A stretch of 62,961 nt of DNA, the filler included. It is 5 parts of 5 records of this genome, joined end to end, with 100 filler letters (N's around TTAATTAATTAA, not from the genome) between each part and the next. Parts side by side here need not be neighbours in the genome. Positions count along the whole stretch, not along the records: positions 39,871 to 52,736 come from DRR723986_5517; positions 52,837 to 62,961 come from DRR723986_5523; 3 more parts are not named here. One strand, given 5' to 3'. Shown here one piece after another: positions 50,130 through 60,124 of the stretch. How positions within the stretch are numbered: the stretch's first letter is position 1; each line of letters opens with the position of its first letter. The position numbers were made by a program, and so were the translations under genes. Below the pieces are notes generated by a model. It was not told the DNA's origin and searched no databases. It saw nothing but the letters and a program-made list of their open reading frames with translations.

Positions 50130-51248
50130 CTAAAAAACGCTACTGATTGCAGCGGCCATTTCTTCGGCAGGAAGCTCGCCCAGTGCTGCTGAATAGTGAA
50201 TCGTAAGCGTCCGCTCACTTGCCGCAGTTGCATTGGATAGTTCTCCAAACTTCGAACACCTCCGAGCACTGCGTCGATGGAAGCCTGGGAATCCGCCCCC
50301 ACACTTTATCCCCATAGCCGAAAGCTTCTCCACAGCCTCATTTAAGTGTTCGGCTCCATTGACCAAGAATCCAACTTGGTAAAACGCTCGCTTCGCTAGT
50401 TGAAGCCTAGGTGCCGCAAGATCCTGTTGTGTACTGGATTCCGAATGCGAATCGCACCACAAAGCAGCCTGGACCGCTTTTTCCGACAAACCTTCAGAGA
50501 CTCTCTTGAAGTAGTCGCTCACGGCATCGTTGATTCGATCCAACATGGGCAACTGAGCAAGCACGACAGCAGCCTGAAGCTCACTGATCGCGTAGGGGCC
50601 ACTCCCAGCGCCACTGGCCACCGCGACCCGCTGTGCGATGCGATCATCGTCGGTCACAACCGCGCCTCCCCGGCCGGCTGATATGACCTTCCCACCTCCG
50701 AAACTGACCAAACCGGCGTGTCCAATCGAACCCGCTCGTCTGATGTTTCCCACTCCATCATCCAGCTCGGCACCGAAAGCCTGACAAGCGTCTTCAATTA
50801 GCAGAATGCCGTGCTCATCACATATTTCTCGAAGGCGGGACAAATCCGGTGCTTCACCATGCAAATGCGAAGCCACAACCGCTTTAACGGAGTGCTCCGA
50901 AGCAACTGCTTGCTCCAAAACGTGAGGATCAATGCACCACCCCCGTTCGGCGGTGTCGATCAGCAGCGGCCTTGCACCAGCTCGTTCAACAGCCCAAAAA
51001 TTGCCTGGGTAGTCGTACCCGCTCAGGACGATGTGATCTGCAGAATTCTTGACTACCGTCCTCAAGAGGGTTTCCAACCCCGCAGTAGCACTGGAAAAGA
51101 GTTGTCCGTTTGAAACGCCACAGCACTCCGCAATCCTTTCCTTCAGGCACTCACTAGTGCTGGTTAGGTACGTTCGATAAAGGCCATCTTTGAGGGCTTG
51201 ATCGACCGCTGAAGCTATTCTTGTCTCCAACTCACTGCGCAGAGTCAC
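50130..51248 (-). CDS. DegT/DnrJ/EryC1/StrS family PLP-dependent aminotransferase
   Basis: Motifs 'SHLHG', 'LIEDACQAFGA', 'SFGGGKVISAGRGGAVVT'. Confidence 0.85.
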   Translation of the reverse strand: MTLRSELETRIASAVDQALKDGLYRTYLTSTSECLKERIAECCGVSNGQLFSSATAGLETLLRTVVKNSADHIVLSGYDYPGNFWAVERAGARPLLIDTAERGWCIDPHVLEQAVASEHSVKAVVASHLHGEAPDLSRLREICDEHGILLIEDACQAFGAELDDGVGNIRRAGSIGHAGLVSFGGGKVISAGRGGAVVTDDDRIAQRVAVASGAGSGPYAISELQAAVVLAQLPMLDRINDAVSDYFKRVSEGLSEKAVQAALWCDSHSESSTQQDLAAPRLQLAKRAFYQVGFLVNGAEHLNEAVEKLSAMGIKCGGGFPGFHRRSARRCSKFGELSNATAASERTLTIHYSAALGELPAEEMAAAISSVF

Positions 51249-51585
51249 TGTTTTTCCTAAGTCAATTCGTTACGCCAAATAGCGTCTTTTGCCCATTCCG
51301 GAGTGTTAGTCCACTGGGCACGTCCTACAACGCTGGCTCGGTTGGACTGGTGTACTATCGACGCGGCTTTTCGTAAGTATAACCTGCATAGAATCGACGA
51401 TCACAGCGTCAACTCTGATTGATCGTTAACGTTGAATCCCGACCGATTTTGCGAAGTGCGGAGTTTACTGACCGCTGACGCTGAACCGTATAGAAACCAA
51501 ATGACAGAGGTTCGCTCCCGTCGATGCTCCTCGACATGCGACCACTTTTCCAATTATCTGATCTTTCGTTCACTGGTGAAACTGA

Positions 51586-52587
51586 ATGAATAACAACGAA
51601 TCTGCCCCTGAAACAACCGACGCTCCTTCTGATGTTCCAGCAACCGATGGCGGTGGAGAATCTACCGCGCCGTCGCTGACAGATATCATCAACGATCTCA
51701 CTGAGGGGAATTTTGACTCGCTGCTAAACGAGTATCTCTTCCCGGCCTTGGGAGCTCTTGCGGCGATCATCGTCGCGTACTTCTTCGCCAAACTGGTCGC
51801 TCGATGGGTCTCGACCGCATTGTGCAAGAAGGTCGATCAAACACTTGGCAAGTTCGCAGGCAAATTTACGTTCTATTCGTTGTTCTTGATGTGTGCCTTG
51901 GCAATCCTGAACACCGTCGGGGTCAGCATCACGAGCTTCGCGGCCATCTTGGCTGCGGCTGGTTTTGCAGTCGGCCTTGCCTTTCAAGGAACGCTCAGCA
52001 ATTTTGCGTCGGGCATATTGTTACTCGTCTTCCGCCCCTTCAAAGTGGGCGACGTGGTCAACGCAGCCGGGGTAATGGGCAAAGTCAACGAAATCGACTT
52101 GTTCACAACAACATTTGATACACCCGATAATCGACGTCTGATCGTACCCAATAGCGCTATCGCAGCGGCAACGATCGAAAATGTTTCCCACCATGAACAC
52201 CGCCGTGTCGATGTGGTTGTCGGAGTCGGATATGCAGCCAGTCTAGATGCTACGCGTGACGCGCTTTCCCAAGCTGCGGAAGCCATGGGCGACAAGGTTG
52301 TGCAAGGTGCCGGTCGCGGTTACCAAATCGTCCTTGGCGAATTGGGTGCTAGTTCCGTCGATTGGACGGTGCGAGTATGGGTGAACTCAGCCGATTTTTG
52401 GGGCGTGAAAGAAGAGCTGACCGGCGAAATCAAGCGGCAGCTCGATGCGGCTGGCCTCGATATTCCATTCCCGCAAATGGAACTGCACTTCTCTGGCGGC
52501 GACGCTCCTGAGGCCGCCGATGAATCCGCTGGGAAGAACCTGTTCCAGCCTGGTGCAATTCGCCCCCGCCCAAGAACAGACCGGTAG
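51586..52587 (+). CDS. mscS: Small-conductance mechanosensitive channel
   Basis: Motifs 'AAGFAVGLAFQGTLSNFASG', 'FRPFKVGD', 'IVPNS', 'IPFPQ'. Confidence 0.93.
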   Translation: MNNNESAPETTDAPSDVPATDGGGESTAPSLTDIINDLTEGNFDSLLNEYLFPALGALAAIIVAYFFAKLVARWVSTALCKKVDQTLGKFAGKFTFYSLFLMCALAILNTVGVSITSFAAILAAAGFAVGLAFQGTLSNFASGILLLVFRPFKVGDVVNAAGVMGKVNEIDLFTTTFDTPDNRRLIVPNSAIAAATIENVSHHEHRRVDVVVGVGYAASLDATRDALSQAAEAMGDKVVQGAGRGYQIVLGELGASSVDWTVRVWVNSADFWGVKEELTGEIKRQLDAAGLDIPFPQMELHFSGGDAPEAADESAGKNLFQPGAIRPRPRTDR

Positions 52588-52685
52588 CCCGCTAGATGTC
52601 CTGCTAGCAAAGCGCCTCGATCGTTTGCGACAACGGCTCGCTTGAATCTTCGGCTTGCGAAGCGTTTCAGGGTTGCCCAACTCGG

Positions 52686-52736
52686 GTGCCCCTGACTGAG
52701 CAGTGCCCCTGAAGCAGTGACCCTGAAGCAGTGACC
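52686..52736 (+). repeat. Short tandem repeat (14-nt unit CCCTGAAGCAGTGA) at contig end
   Basis: Exact copies at 52707-52720 and 52721-52734, with a degenerate copy before them. The array runs into the linker. Confidence 0.75.
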
Positions 52737-52836
52737 NNNNNNNNNNNNNNNNNNNNNNNNNNNNNNNNNNNNNNNNNNNNTTAATTAATTAANNNNNNNN
52801 NNNNNNNNNNNNNNNNNNNNNNNNNNNNNNNNNNNN
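52737..52836. other. Artificial contig linker
   Basis: N44 + TTAATTAATTAA + N44. Confidence 0.98.
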
Positions 52837-53379
52837 GATGCCGAAGCCCTGCAGGAAGCCCTGGTCACGCAGCACGCCGACGGTTGGCTGGCTGATGCCG
52901 AGATCAAGCATGGCGATCTTGGCATTGGCTGCCTCGTCGCCCAGGCTGGCTGCGGCCCACTGGCCGATCAGCTCACCTGCCTTGAAGTTGTCGGTGGCGA
53001 AGGTTGCGTCGGCTGCATCAATGGGATCGAGCGGCGTGTCGAGTGCAATCACCAGAAGGCCGGCGTCGCGCGCCTGCTGGACAGCCGGCACGATGGACGA
53101 CGTGTCGGATGCGGTCAGCAGGATGCCCTTGGCACCGTCAGCAATGCAGGTTTCGATCGCTGCCACCTGGGTTTCATGGTCGCCGTCGATCTTGCCTGCG
53201 AAGGACTTCAGTTCGATGCCGAGTTCTTCAGCCTTTGCGGTGGCGCCTTCCTTCATTTTCACGAAGAACGGGTTGGTGTCCGTCTTGGTGATCAGGCAGG
53301 CGGAGATGTCTGCTGCGACTGCCGGGGTGGCAGCCATGGCGGCGAGAACGGAACCGGTCGCGAGTAGTTTGCGGATCAT
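52837..53379 (-). CDS. frcB: Fructose ABC transporter substrate-binding protein, 3'-truncated
   Basis: Signal peptide; '[20 protein letters not shown]' and '[15 protein letters not shown]' are typical of rhizobial FrcB. Confidence 0.85.
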
Positions 53380-53403
53380 TTGCGTTTTTCCTCCCTGGCC
53401 AAT

Positions 53404-54726
53404 TCAGGTTGAACGGTTGGGTGTGGCCAGATGTGACCCCAACCGTGCTGCCCGTGCCGGAAAGCTGGCTCTATCCTCCGAGCTACCAGCCCCGGCGGGT
53501 CCGGTGTCTTTCCCGCCCGTCAGGATTGCTGCCCTGGGCGAGAAATTGAAGAATTGCGGCAGGCTGGCTGCGCCGATGGCGCCTGCGTCGTGGCCAAAGC
53601 TGCCGATTTCGATGTCGGGTGAATGGCGTTTCTCAGGCGCGGCCTTTTCCACGGCCTTCTTCAAGGCGGCCCGGAAGGTTTCCGGGAACGGGCCACCAAG
53701 GTCGCCGTCGAGGACGACCAGCGGAACATCCAGAAGCGCATAGGCCGAGCGCAGGGCAAGTGCGAGCGCTTCGGCGCAGTCTTCCAGCCACTCGGTGTAT
53801 TTCGGATCGCCGGTTTCAACCGCGTGCTGCAAGTCGGAGCGGTTGAGCTTTGGAAAATCTTCCGGCGACATGTGCCGGGCGAGTGCCACCAGCGATGCGC
53901 GGGTCAGCAGCAGGTCCCAGGAATTGCGGGCCTTTGGTGCGGTGGTCAACGTGCTTGGCGGGACGGGGATCATGGCGACGTCGCCTGCGTTGCCGGATAC
54001 ACCGCGCACCACATCGCCCTTCAGGATCAGGCCGCCACCGATCGCAGGTCCAAGGAAAAGATAGACGAAATTGTCGTTTTGCCGGCCCAGACCGTAGAAG
54101 AGTTCGGCCACCGCGGCTGCCGTGCCGTCGTTCTCGCTGAACACCGGCAGACCGGTTGCCATTTCAAGGGCGTCGGTCAGGTCGAAGTCTTCCCACTTCA
54201 TGAAATCGGCCTGGGGCAGGCCCAGTTCGTGCAGCCAGGCACCGAGGTTGAAGGGTTGCGCCAGGCCAATGCCGGTGATGCGGGACTGGTCTTCCTTGCT
54301 CAGATGCTGGCGCAGGAATTCCAGATCGTCCTTGAGGATTTCCATGGCCTCTTCGGGCGCGGGCAGGATCATGTCATGAAGCCGGCGGGCAATCAGCTGG
54401 CCGGAAAAATCCATCAACACGGTTTCCATGTTGGTCCGGTCCAGCCGCACCCCGAAGGAATAGGCGCCGCGCGGGGCAAGCCGGAGAATGGTTGCCGGTT
54501 GCCCGCGGCTGCCGTCGTGGCGCTTGCCGGCTTCCACGATCAACCCTTCCTCGATGAGGTTCTGGATGATGGCACCGATGGCCGCGTTGGTCAGCTGTAC
54601 CGCCCGGGCGAGTTCCGCCTTGGAGGCCTCACCGGCACGCCGAAGGATCTGAAGTACGATGCGTTCGTTGTACCGGCGCAATTGCGCGGAATTCGAACCA
54701 CGGCCGCTTTTTGGCGTGTCCTCCAC
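53404..54726 (-). CDS. frcR: ROK-family transcriptional regulator (FrcR-like)
   Basis: HTH 'RRYNERIVLQILRR...SKAELARAVQLT', ROK 'ENDGTAAAVAE', 'IGGGLI', 'AGAIGAA'. GTG at 54726 after GGAGGAG; directly upstream of frcB. Confidence 0.8.
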   Translation of the reverse strand: MEDTPKSGRGSNSAQLRRYNERIVLQILRRAGEASKAELARAVQLTNAAIGAIIQNLIEEGLIVEAGKRHDGSRGQPATILRLAPRGAYSFGVRLDRTNMETVLMDFSGQLIARRLHDMILPAPEEAMEILKDDLEFLRQHLSKEDQSRITGIGLAQPFNLGAWLHELGLPQADFMKWEDFDLTDALEMATGLPVFSENDGTAAAVAELFYGLGRQNDNFVYLFLGPAIGGGLILKGDVVRGVSGNAGDVAMIPVPPSTLTTAPKARNSWDLLLTRASLVALARHMSPEDFPKLNRSDLQHAVETGDPKYTEWLEDCAEALALALRSAYALLDVPLVVLDGDLGGPFPETFRAALKKAVEKAAPEKRHSPDIEIGSFGHDAGAIGAASLPQFFNFSPRAAILTGGKDTGPAGAGSSEDRASFPARAARLGSHLATPNRST

Positions 54727-54774
54727 CGGTCTTGCTCCTCCCCAGGAACTGCCTGCTCTCGTCGGCGGCATCAG

Positions 54775-54799
54775 AATAAATAAGTTTGATAAAATTATT
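54775..54799. promoter_or_regulatory. AT-rich imperfect palindrome, probable ROK (FrcR) operator
   Basis: AATAAATAAGTTTGATAAAATTATT (AATAA...TTATT) about 50 nt upstream of frcR in a GC-rich background. Confidence 0.55.
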
Positions 54800-55089
54800 C
54801 GCCCAAGTGGCCCGGCTGTCAATCGCAATCTGTTTTGCAACGCACGTTTTCGATATTGTGGCGCGGTAAGTCTCTGCGCAACAACACGAAAAATTCTCGC
54901 CTGCCTCGGTAACATTTTTCCGGCAGGGGCTGGTCTGGCACATCCGCGCAGCCTGGGTGCGCACGGGATTGACGGGCGATCCGTGTTTCAGCTCTTTCGT
55001 GCAGGACATCCTAACACACCTTCGCGAAATCGTTGCCGGAGCTTTCAACATCCGTATTGTCGGGGAGGGACGAGAATCGGAGACAAAAA

Positions 55090-56811
55090 ATGCCGGCCAC
55101 ACATGACGAAGCGTTTCTTGAACGGGCGATTGCCGCTGGAGCAGGGGAACGCCCTGCCGATCTGGTGATAAAGAAAGTCAGCCTGTTCAGCGTTGTCGAC
55201 GGATCTACGGTCGAAACGGATATTGCGATCGTCGGTGACAGGATTGTCGGCACGCACGGGCAGTATGAAGCCGCGGAAACCATCGACGGCAGCGGACTGA
55301 CCGCCGTTCCCGGCTTCATCGACACGCATCTTCATGTGGAATCGTCTCTGGTCACACCGTTCGAGTTTGACCGCTGCGTGCTGCCGCACGGTGTCACCAC
55401 CGCCATTTGCGATCCGCATGAGATCGCAAATGTGCTGGGTGCCGAAGGGATCCGCTATTTCCTGGACAGTTCGCTGGAAACGGTGATGGACCTCAGGGTC
55501 AACCTGTCGTCCTGCGTTCCAGCAACGGCTTTTGAAACAGCCGGGGCCTGCCTGGAGATCGAGGACCTGCTGCCGTTCCGCGATCATCCAAGCGTGATCG
55601 GCCTTGCGGAATTCATGAATTTTCCAGGTGTGCTTGCGCGCGATCCCAAGGTGCTGGCGAAGCTCGCCGCGTTTCAAGACGGTCATATCGACGGCCATGC
55701 GCCTCTGCTTCAGGGCATCGGCCTCAACGGTTATCTGGCCGCAGGCATCCGCACCGATCACGAGGCAACTTCCGCCGAGGAGGCGCTGGAAAAGCTCGCC
55801 AAGGGCATGACGATCCTGATGCGCGAAGGCTCCGTCTCAAAGGACCTGGAAGCGCTGGCCCCGATCCTGACACCGGATGTGTCCGCGTTCGTCGCGTTGT
55901 GCACGGACGACCGCAATCCGCTGGATATTGCCGAGGAAGGCCATCTCGACAGCATGATCCGCCGCCTGATCGCCAAGGGCATTCGTCCGCTCGACGCCTA
56001 TCGGGCCGCGAGCTGGTCGGCGGCCAATGCCTTCGGCCTGAAAGACAGGGGCGTGATCGCGCCGGGCAAGCGCGCAGACATCGCGCTGCTGAGCGACTTT
56101 GCCGATTGCCGCGTGGCGCAAGTGATCTGCGGCGGCGTTCAAGCGACGGACGAAGCCTTTGCAAAAAGAACCATTGTCCCCCCGGTTGGCCTCGACAGCG
56201 TGCATGTCGGCGAGGTCACCGCATCGAAGTTCGACGTTCCGGCGCGCAACAGCGAGGCCGACGTCATCGGCGTGGTGCCGGGCAGGATCATCACCGAACA
56301 CCTGAAGCGCACCCTGCCGGTGACCGGCGGCAAGACGCTGGCCGATCTTGACCAGGATGTGCTGAAGGTCGCTGTCGTCGAACGGCACAAGGGCACGGGC
56401 AACATCGGGCTCGGATTCGTCAATGGTTTCGGCATGAAACAGGGCGCAATTGCTTCGTCCATCGGCCATGACAGCCACAACATCTGCGTGGTTGGCGCGG
56501 ACGAGGCAGCCATGGCGCACGCGGTCAATCGGGTGATCGCCATGAAGGGCGGATTTGCGGTTGCCGACAAGGGCGGAGTGAAGGCCGAACTCGCCCTGCC
56601 GCTGGCTGGACTGATGAGCCTTGAACCATTTGAAACGGTGAAGGAGGAGCTGGAGCACCTTCGTGCCGCCGCCAAGGATCTCGGCTGCACGCTGGCCGAA
56701 CCGTTCCTTCAGGTCGCCTTCCTGCCGTTGCCGGTCATTCCGCATCTGAAGATCACCGATTTCGGCATCTTTGATGTCAACAAGTTCGAACTGATCGATC
56801 AGGGGAGCTGA
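55090..56811 (+). CDS. ade: Adenine deaminase
   Basis: Motifs '[13 protein letters not shown]', 'DPHEIANV', 'EFMNFPGV', 'DGHAP', 'TDHE', 'CTDD', 'HDSHN'. Confidence 0.95.
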   Translation: MPATHDEAFLERAIAAGAGERPADLVIKKVSLFSVVDGSTVETDIAIVGDRIVGTHGQYEAAETIDGSGLTAVPGFIDTHLHVESSLVTPFEFDRCVLPHGVTTAICDPHEIANVLGAEGIRYFLDSSLETVMDLRVNLSSCVPATAFETAGACLEIEDLLPFRDHPSVIGLAEFMNFPGVLARDPKVLAKLAAFQDGHIDGHAPLLQGIGLNGYLAAGIRTDHEATSAEEALEKLAKGMTILMREGSVSKDLEALAPILTPDVSAFVALCTDDRNPLDIAEEGHLDSMIRRLIAKGIRPLDAYRAASWSAANAFGLKDRGVIAPGKRADIALLSDFADCRVAQVICGGVQATDEAFAKRTIVPPVGLDSVHVGEVTASKFDVPARNSEADVIGVVPGRIITEHLKRTLPVTGGKTLADLDQDVLKVAVVERHKGTGNIGLGFVNGFGMKQGAIASSIGHDSHNICVVGADEAAMAHAVNRVIAMKGGFAVADKGGVKAELALPLAGLMSLEPFETVKEELEHLRAAAKDLGCTLAEPFLQVAFLPLPVIPHLKITDFGIFDVNKFELIDQGS

Positions 56812-56824
56812 AACAGGTCTTTCG

Positions 56825-57982
56825 ATGATCCTCACTCTTGCCGTTTCCGGATACCGCTCGCTACGCGACATCGTCTTGCCGCTCGACCGCATCACCCTGG
56901 TGACGGGTGCGAACGGCAGCGGCAAATCGAGCCTTTACCGGTCGATCCGTTTGCTGGCCGAAGTCTCGCAGGGCCAGGCGATAGCCTCGCTGGCGGCAGA
57001 AGGTGGCCTCAATTCGACGCTCTGGGCAGGGCCTGAAGCTTTCTCCCGCGCCATGAAACAGGGCGAGGTGCCGGTTCAGGGAACCGTGCGCAAGGGCGTG
57101 GTCAGTCTGAAGCTCGGCTTTGCCGATGAGGATTACGGCTATGCGATAGATCTCGGTCTGCCGGCGGACGCCGGGCGGTCGCTGTTTTCCATGGATCCGG
57201 AAATCAAGGCCGAGGCCCTTTGGGCCGGCGAAGCCTTGTCCCGCTCGAACGAGATCGCGGCCAGAAACGGCCCGACGGTTCGGGTTCTCAATGCCCACGG
57301 GCAGCGCATACCGGTTTTCCAGAACCTTGCCCGCTTCGACAGCATGATGACCCACGCCGCCGATCCGAAAGACGGTCTGGAACTTCTGGTCATGCGTGAG
57401 CGCATGCGCGCCTGGCGTTTTTATGATCACCTGCGCACCGACAGGGACGCTCCCGCGCGGTTTCCCAAGATAGGAACACGGACACCTGTGCTGAGCGGGG
57501 ATGGCGGGGATCTGGCAGCCGCTCTTCAGACCATCCTGGAAATTGGTGACGAGAGGGCCTTGGAAGAGGCTGTCGATGATGCGTTCCCCGGAGCATCCGT
57601 GAGGATTTCGGTCAACGACGGCTATTTTGAACTGCTAATGCAACAGAAGGGGCTGTTGCGCGAGCTACGGGCCAGTGAATTGTCTGACGGAACGCTCCGG
57701 TATCTCCTGTTGACGGCGGCGCTCCTGTCGCCGCGCCCGGCGCCCTTGGTGGTGCTGAACGAGCCCGAGACAAGCCTCCACCCGGCATTGCTGGAGCCTC
57801 TCGCCCGGCTGATTGCACGGGCCGCGGAAAAGACGCAGGTGATCGTCGTTTCCCATGCGGAAGAACTGGTGTCCGTGCTGTCGTCGGAAAGAGGCTGCAT
57901 GCGCTACGATCTGCGCAAGGAACTTGGCGAGACGGTTGTGGATAGCGCTGACACACCTCGCTGGAACTGGCCAAAGAGATAA
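56825..57982 (+). CDS. Soluble ABC/SMC-like (AAA_21-type) ATPase of unknown function
   Basis: 'GYRSL', Walker A 'GANGSGKS', signature 'LSDGTLR', Walker B variant 'VLNEPETSLHP', 'VSH'. Confidence 0.85.
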   Translation: MILTLAVSGYRSLRDIVLPLDRITLVTGANGSGKSSLYRSIRLLAEVSQGQAIASLAAEGGLNSTLWAGPEAFSRAMKQGEVPVQGTVRKGVVSLKLGFADEDYGYAIDLGLPADAGRSLFSMDPEIKAEALWAGEALSRSNEIAARNGPTVRVLNAHGQRIPVFQNLARFDSMMTHAADPKDGLELLVMRERMRAWRFYDHLRTDRDAPARFPKIGTRTPVLSGDGGDLAAALQTILEIGDERALEEAVDDAFPGASVRISVNDGYFELLMQQKGLLRELRASELSDGTLRYLLLTAALLSPRPAPLVVLNEPETSLHPALLEPLARLIARAAEKTQVIVVSHAEELVSVLSSERGCMRYDLRKELGETVVDSADTPRWNWPKR

Positions 57983-58113
57983 ACCGCCTGTTTTGCGGAG
58001 TTGTCTATAAGTTTTTGATTTGACGTCTCTATTGCCAACCGGCTCAGCCGGCTTATCTTAAGCGGATGGTTCTTCACGCGCAAAAAAACGACGAGGTGTC
58101 GTTACGTCGCGAG

Positions 58114-58129
58114 TTGACGTGAACGGAAG
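58114..58129 (+). promoter_or_regulatory. LiuR-like operator upstream of fadD
   Basis: TTGACGTGAACGGAAG resembles the LiuR palindrome TTTACGTwwACGTAAA. Confidence 0.55.
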
Positions 58130-58287
58130 GTTGCGTCATGTCAGAAGAGACCCAAAGAGGTGACGCCTCATTGGTGGCCGGGCCCTTGAGGAGGACCATT
58201 TCGCGGTACGGATTTTGTCCGGATCACGAAATTTCAGGATAAAGGCCCGTCCGCGCAGTGAAGCGATAAAACGCGTTGGAGAACGTA

Positions 58288-59958
58288 ATGACGACTGCGG
58301 AGGAGTGGAACGCGGCGTTCAAGCCCCGTCCAGTACACGAGTATCTCGAGACGACCGTTGCCCAATACGGGACCCGTCCTGCCTGTGATTTCATGGGCAA
58401 GGTGTGGACTTATGCCGAGTTCGGCGCGCTGGTCGACAGGACGGCAGCCGGACTGCAGGCGATGGGCGTCGGCCCGGGTGTTCACGTCGGCCTGTGCCTG
58501 CCAAACACGCCTTTCTACACGATCTTCTATTTCGCGGTTCTGAAGATCGGCGCCACGGTCGCCAACTTCAATCCGCTCTACGTCGAGCGCGAACTGTCGT
58601 TCCAGGCGCGAGATGCCGATGTGCGCATCATGGTGACCATGGATCTGAAGGTGATCTACGACAAGGTTGAGGAGGTTCGCAAGGAACGGGCGCTCGACAA
58701 GATCATTGTCTGCCCGATGGCCTGGTGCCTGCCGACGATCAAGAAGGTGCTGTTCAGTCTGTTCAAGCGAAAGGAACTGGCGGACATTCCCCGTGATGAC
58801 GCCCACATTCGTTTCGAAGACCTGCAGACGAGGGGAGACAAGCCCAGGCCGGTCGCAATCGATCCGGCAAACGATATTGCGGTGTTGCAGTATACCGGGG
58901 GCACCACCGGCGTTCCCAAGGGCGCGATGCTGACGCACAGAAACCTGTCCGCCAATATCGAGCAGATGCGCTGCGTCTTCGAAAAGGCGCGGCCGGGCCA
59001 AGAAAAGATGCTGTGCGTTCTGCCGTTCTTCCACGTCTTCGCAATGACGGTGGGGCAGAACCTGTCAATCATTCTGGGCGCTGAAATGGTGCTGCAGCCG
59101 CGCTTTGAGCTGAAGTCACTGCTGGAAGCGGTCAAGCGCAAGAAAGTGACCCTCTTTCCGGGTGTGCCGACGATCTACACGGCCATCAACAACTCGCCCA
59201 TGACGGCGAATTACGATCTGACCAGCATCAGGATCTGCTTGTCGGGCGGCGCGCCTTTGCCGGTGGAGGTCAAGGAAAGCTTTGAAAAGATCACGGGCTG
59301 CATTCTGGTGGAAGGGTACGGCCTCACCGAAACGTCGCCAGTTGCCGCGGTCAACCCGCTGGACGACAGCCGCCGGGCAGGGTCCATCGGAAGGCTGGTG
59401 CCGGGGACCAGTGCCCGCTTCGTGAGCATCGAGGACCGCGAAACCGTGGTTCCGGCAGGCGAGAAGGGCGAGTTGCTGCTGCACGGGCCCCAGGTGATGA
59501 AGGGCTACTGGAAGCGCGAGGACGCGACCGCCGAGACCATCACCCATGACGGCTATCTGCATACGGGTGATGTCGGTTATCAGGATGATGGCGGCTTCAT
59601 CTATCTGGTCGACAGGATCAAGGACCTGATCCTGTGCTCTGGATATAACGTCTATCCGCGTGTCATCGAGGAAGCGATCTACCAGCACGAGGCCGTGGAC
59701 GAGACCATCGTCATTGCCGTGCCGGATGCCTATCGCGGCCAGAGCCCGAAGGCCTTCATCAAGCTGAAGGAAGGCCATTCGCTCACCGCTGATGACATGA
59801 AAGCCTTCCTTAAGGACCATTTGTCGACGATCGAACTGCCAAGAGACTATGAGTTCCGTGACGAGTTGCCGAAAACCATGGTCGGCAAATTGTCGAAGAA
59901 GGAACTGGTCGAGGAAGAAGCCCAGAAGCGGGCAGCGGCGGAAGCCCGGAGCGCCTGA
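58288..59958 (+). CDS. fadD: Long-chain-fatty-acid--CoA ligase
   Basis: AMP-binding 'LQYTGGTTGVPKGAMLTH', 'LPFFHVFA', 'EGYGLTETSP', 'TGD', 'LPKTMVGK'. ATG 58288 after GGAG. Confidence 0.9.
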   Translation: MTTAEEWNAAFKPRPVHEYLETTVAQYGTRPACDFMGKVWTYAEFGALVDRTAAGLQAMGVGPGVHVGLCLPNTPFYTIFYFAVLKIGATVANFNPLYVERELSFQARDADVRIMVTMDLKVIYDKVEEVRKERALDKIIVCPMAWCLPTIKKVLFSLFKRKELADIPRDDAHIRFEDLQTRGDKPRPVAIDPANDIAVLQYTGGTTGVPKGAMLTHRNLSANIEQMRCVFEKARPGQEKMLCVLPFFHVFAMTVGQNLSIILGAEMVLQPRFELKSLLEAVKRKKVTLFPGVPTIYTAINNSPMTANYDLTSIRICLSGGAPLPVEVKESFEKITGCILVEGYGLTETSPVAAVNPLDDSRRAGSIGRLVPGTSARFVSIEDRETVVPAGEKGELLLHGPQVMKGYWKREDATAETITHDGYLHTGDVGYQDDGGFIYLVDRIKDLILCSGYNVYPRVIEEAIYQHEAVDETIVIAVPDAYRGQSPKAFIKLKEGHSLTADDMKAFLKDHLSTIELPRDYEFRDELPKTMVGKLSKKELVEEEAQKRAAAEARSA

Positions 59959-59980
59959 GCGCTCCGTTCCTGAAAACACT

Positions 59981-60006
59981 GGGAGCGCTCTCAATCGAGC
60001 GCTTCC
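59981..60006. terminator. Hairpin after fadD (probable terminator between convergent genes)
   Basis: GGGAGCGCTC-tcaatc-GAGCGCTTCC forms a 10-bp stem. Confidence 0.55.
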
Positions 60007-60124
60007 GCGCAATGCTTTCTGTCTAAACCGGCACAATTTTCATGTCATGCAGAGCGGGTTTCCACCTGACAAGCAGTCACACTGCTGTCGCATAAACCCG
60101 TTGCAACGAAGTGGCGTGATTGCC

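Noticed and set aside
52686..52736. Contig-end repeat as a CRISPR array
   Set aside because: The units are 14 nt and contiguous, with no spacers and no cas genes.
53623..54783. Long antisense or alternative-frame ORFs (for example 53623-54783 +, 55837-56925 -, 61581-62648 +, 61600-62907 -, 33625-34542 -)
   Set aside because: They are shadow ORFs of well-supported genes in GC-rich DNA, with no motifs or RBS.
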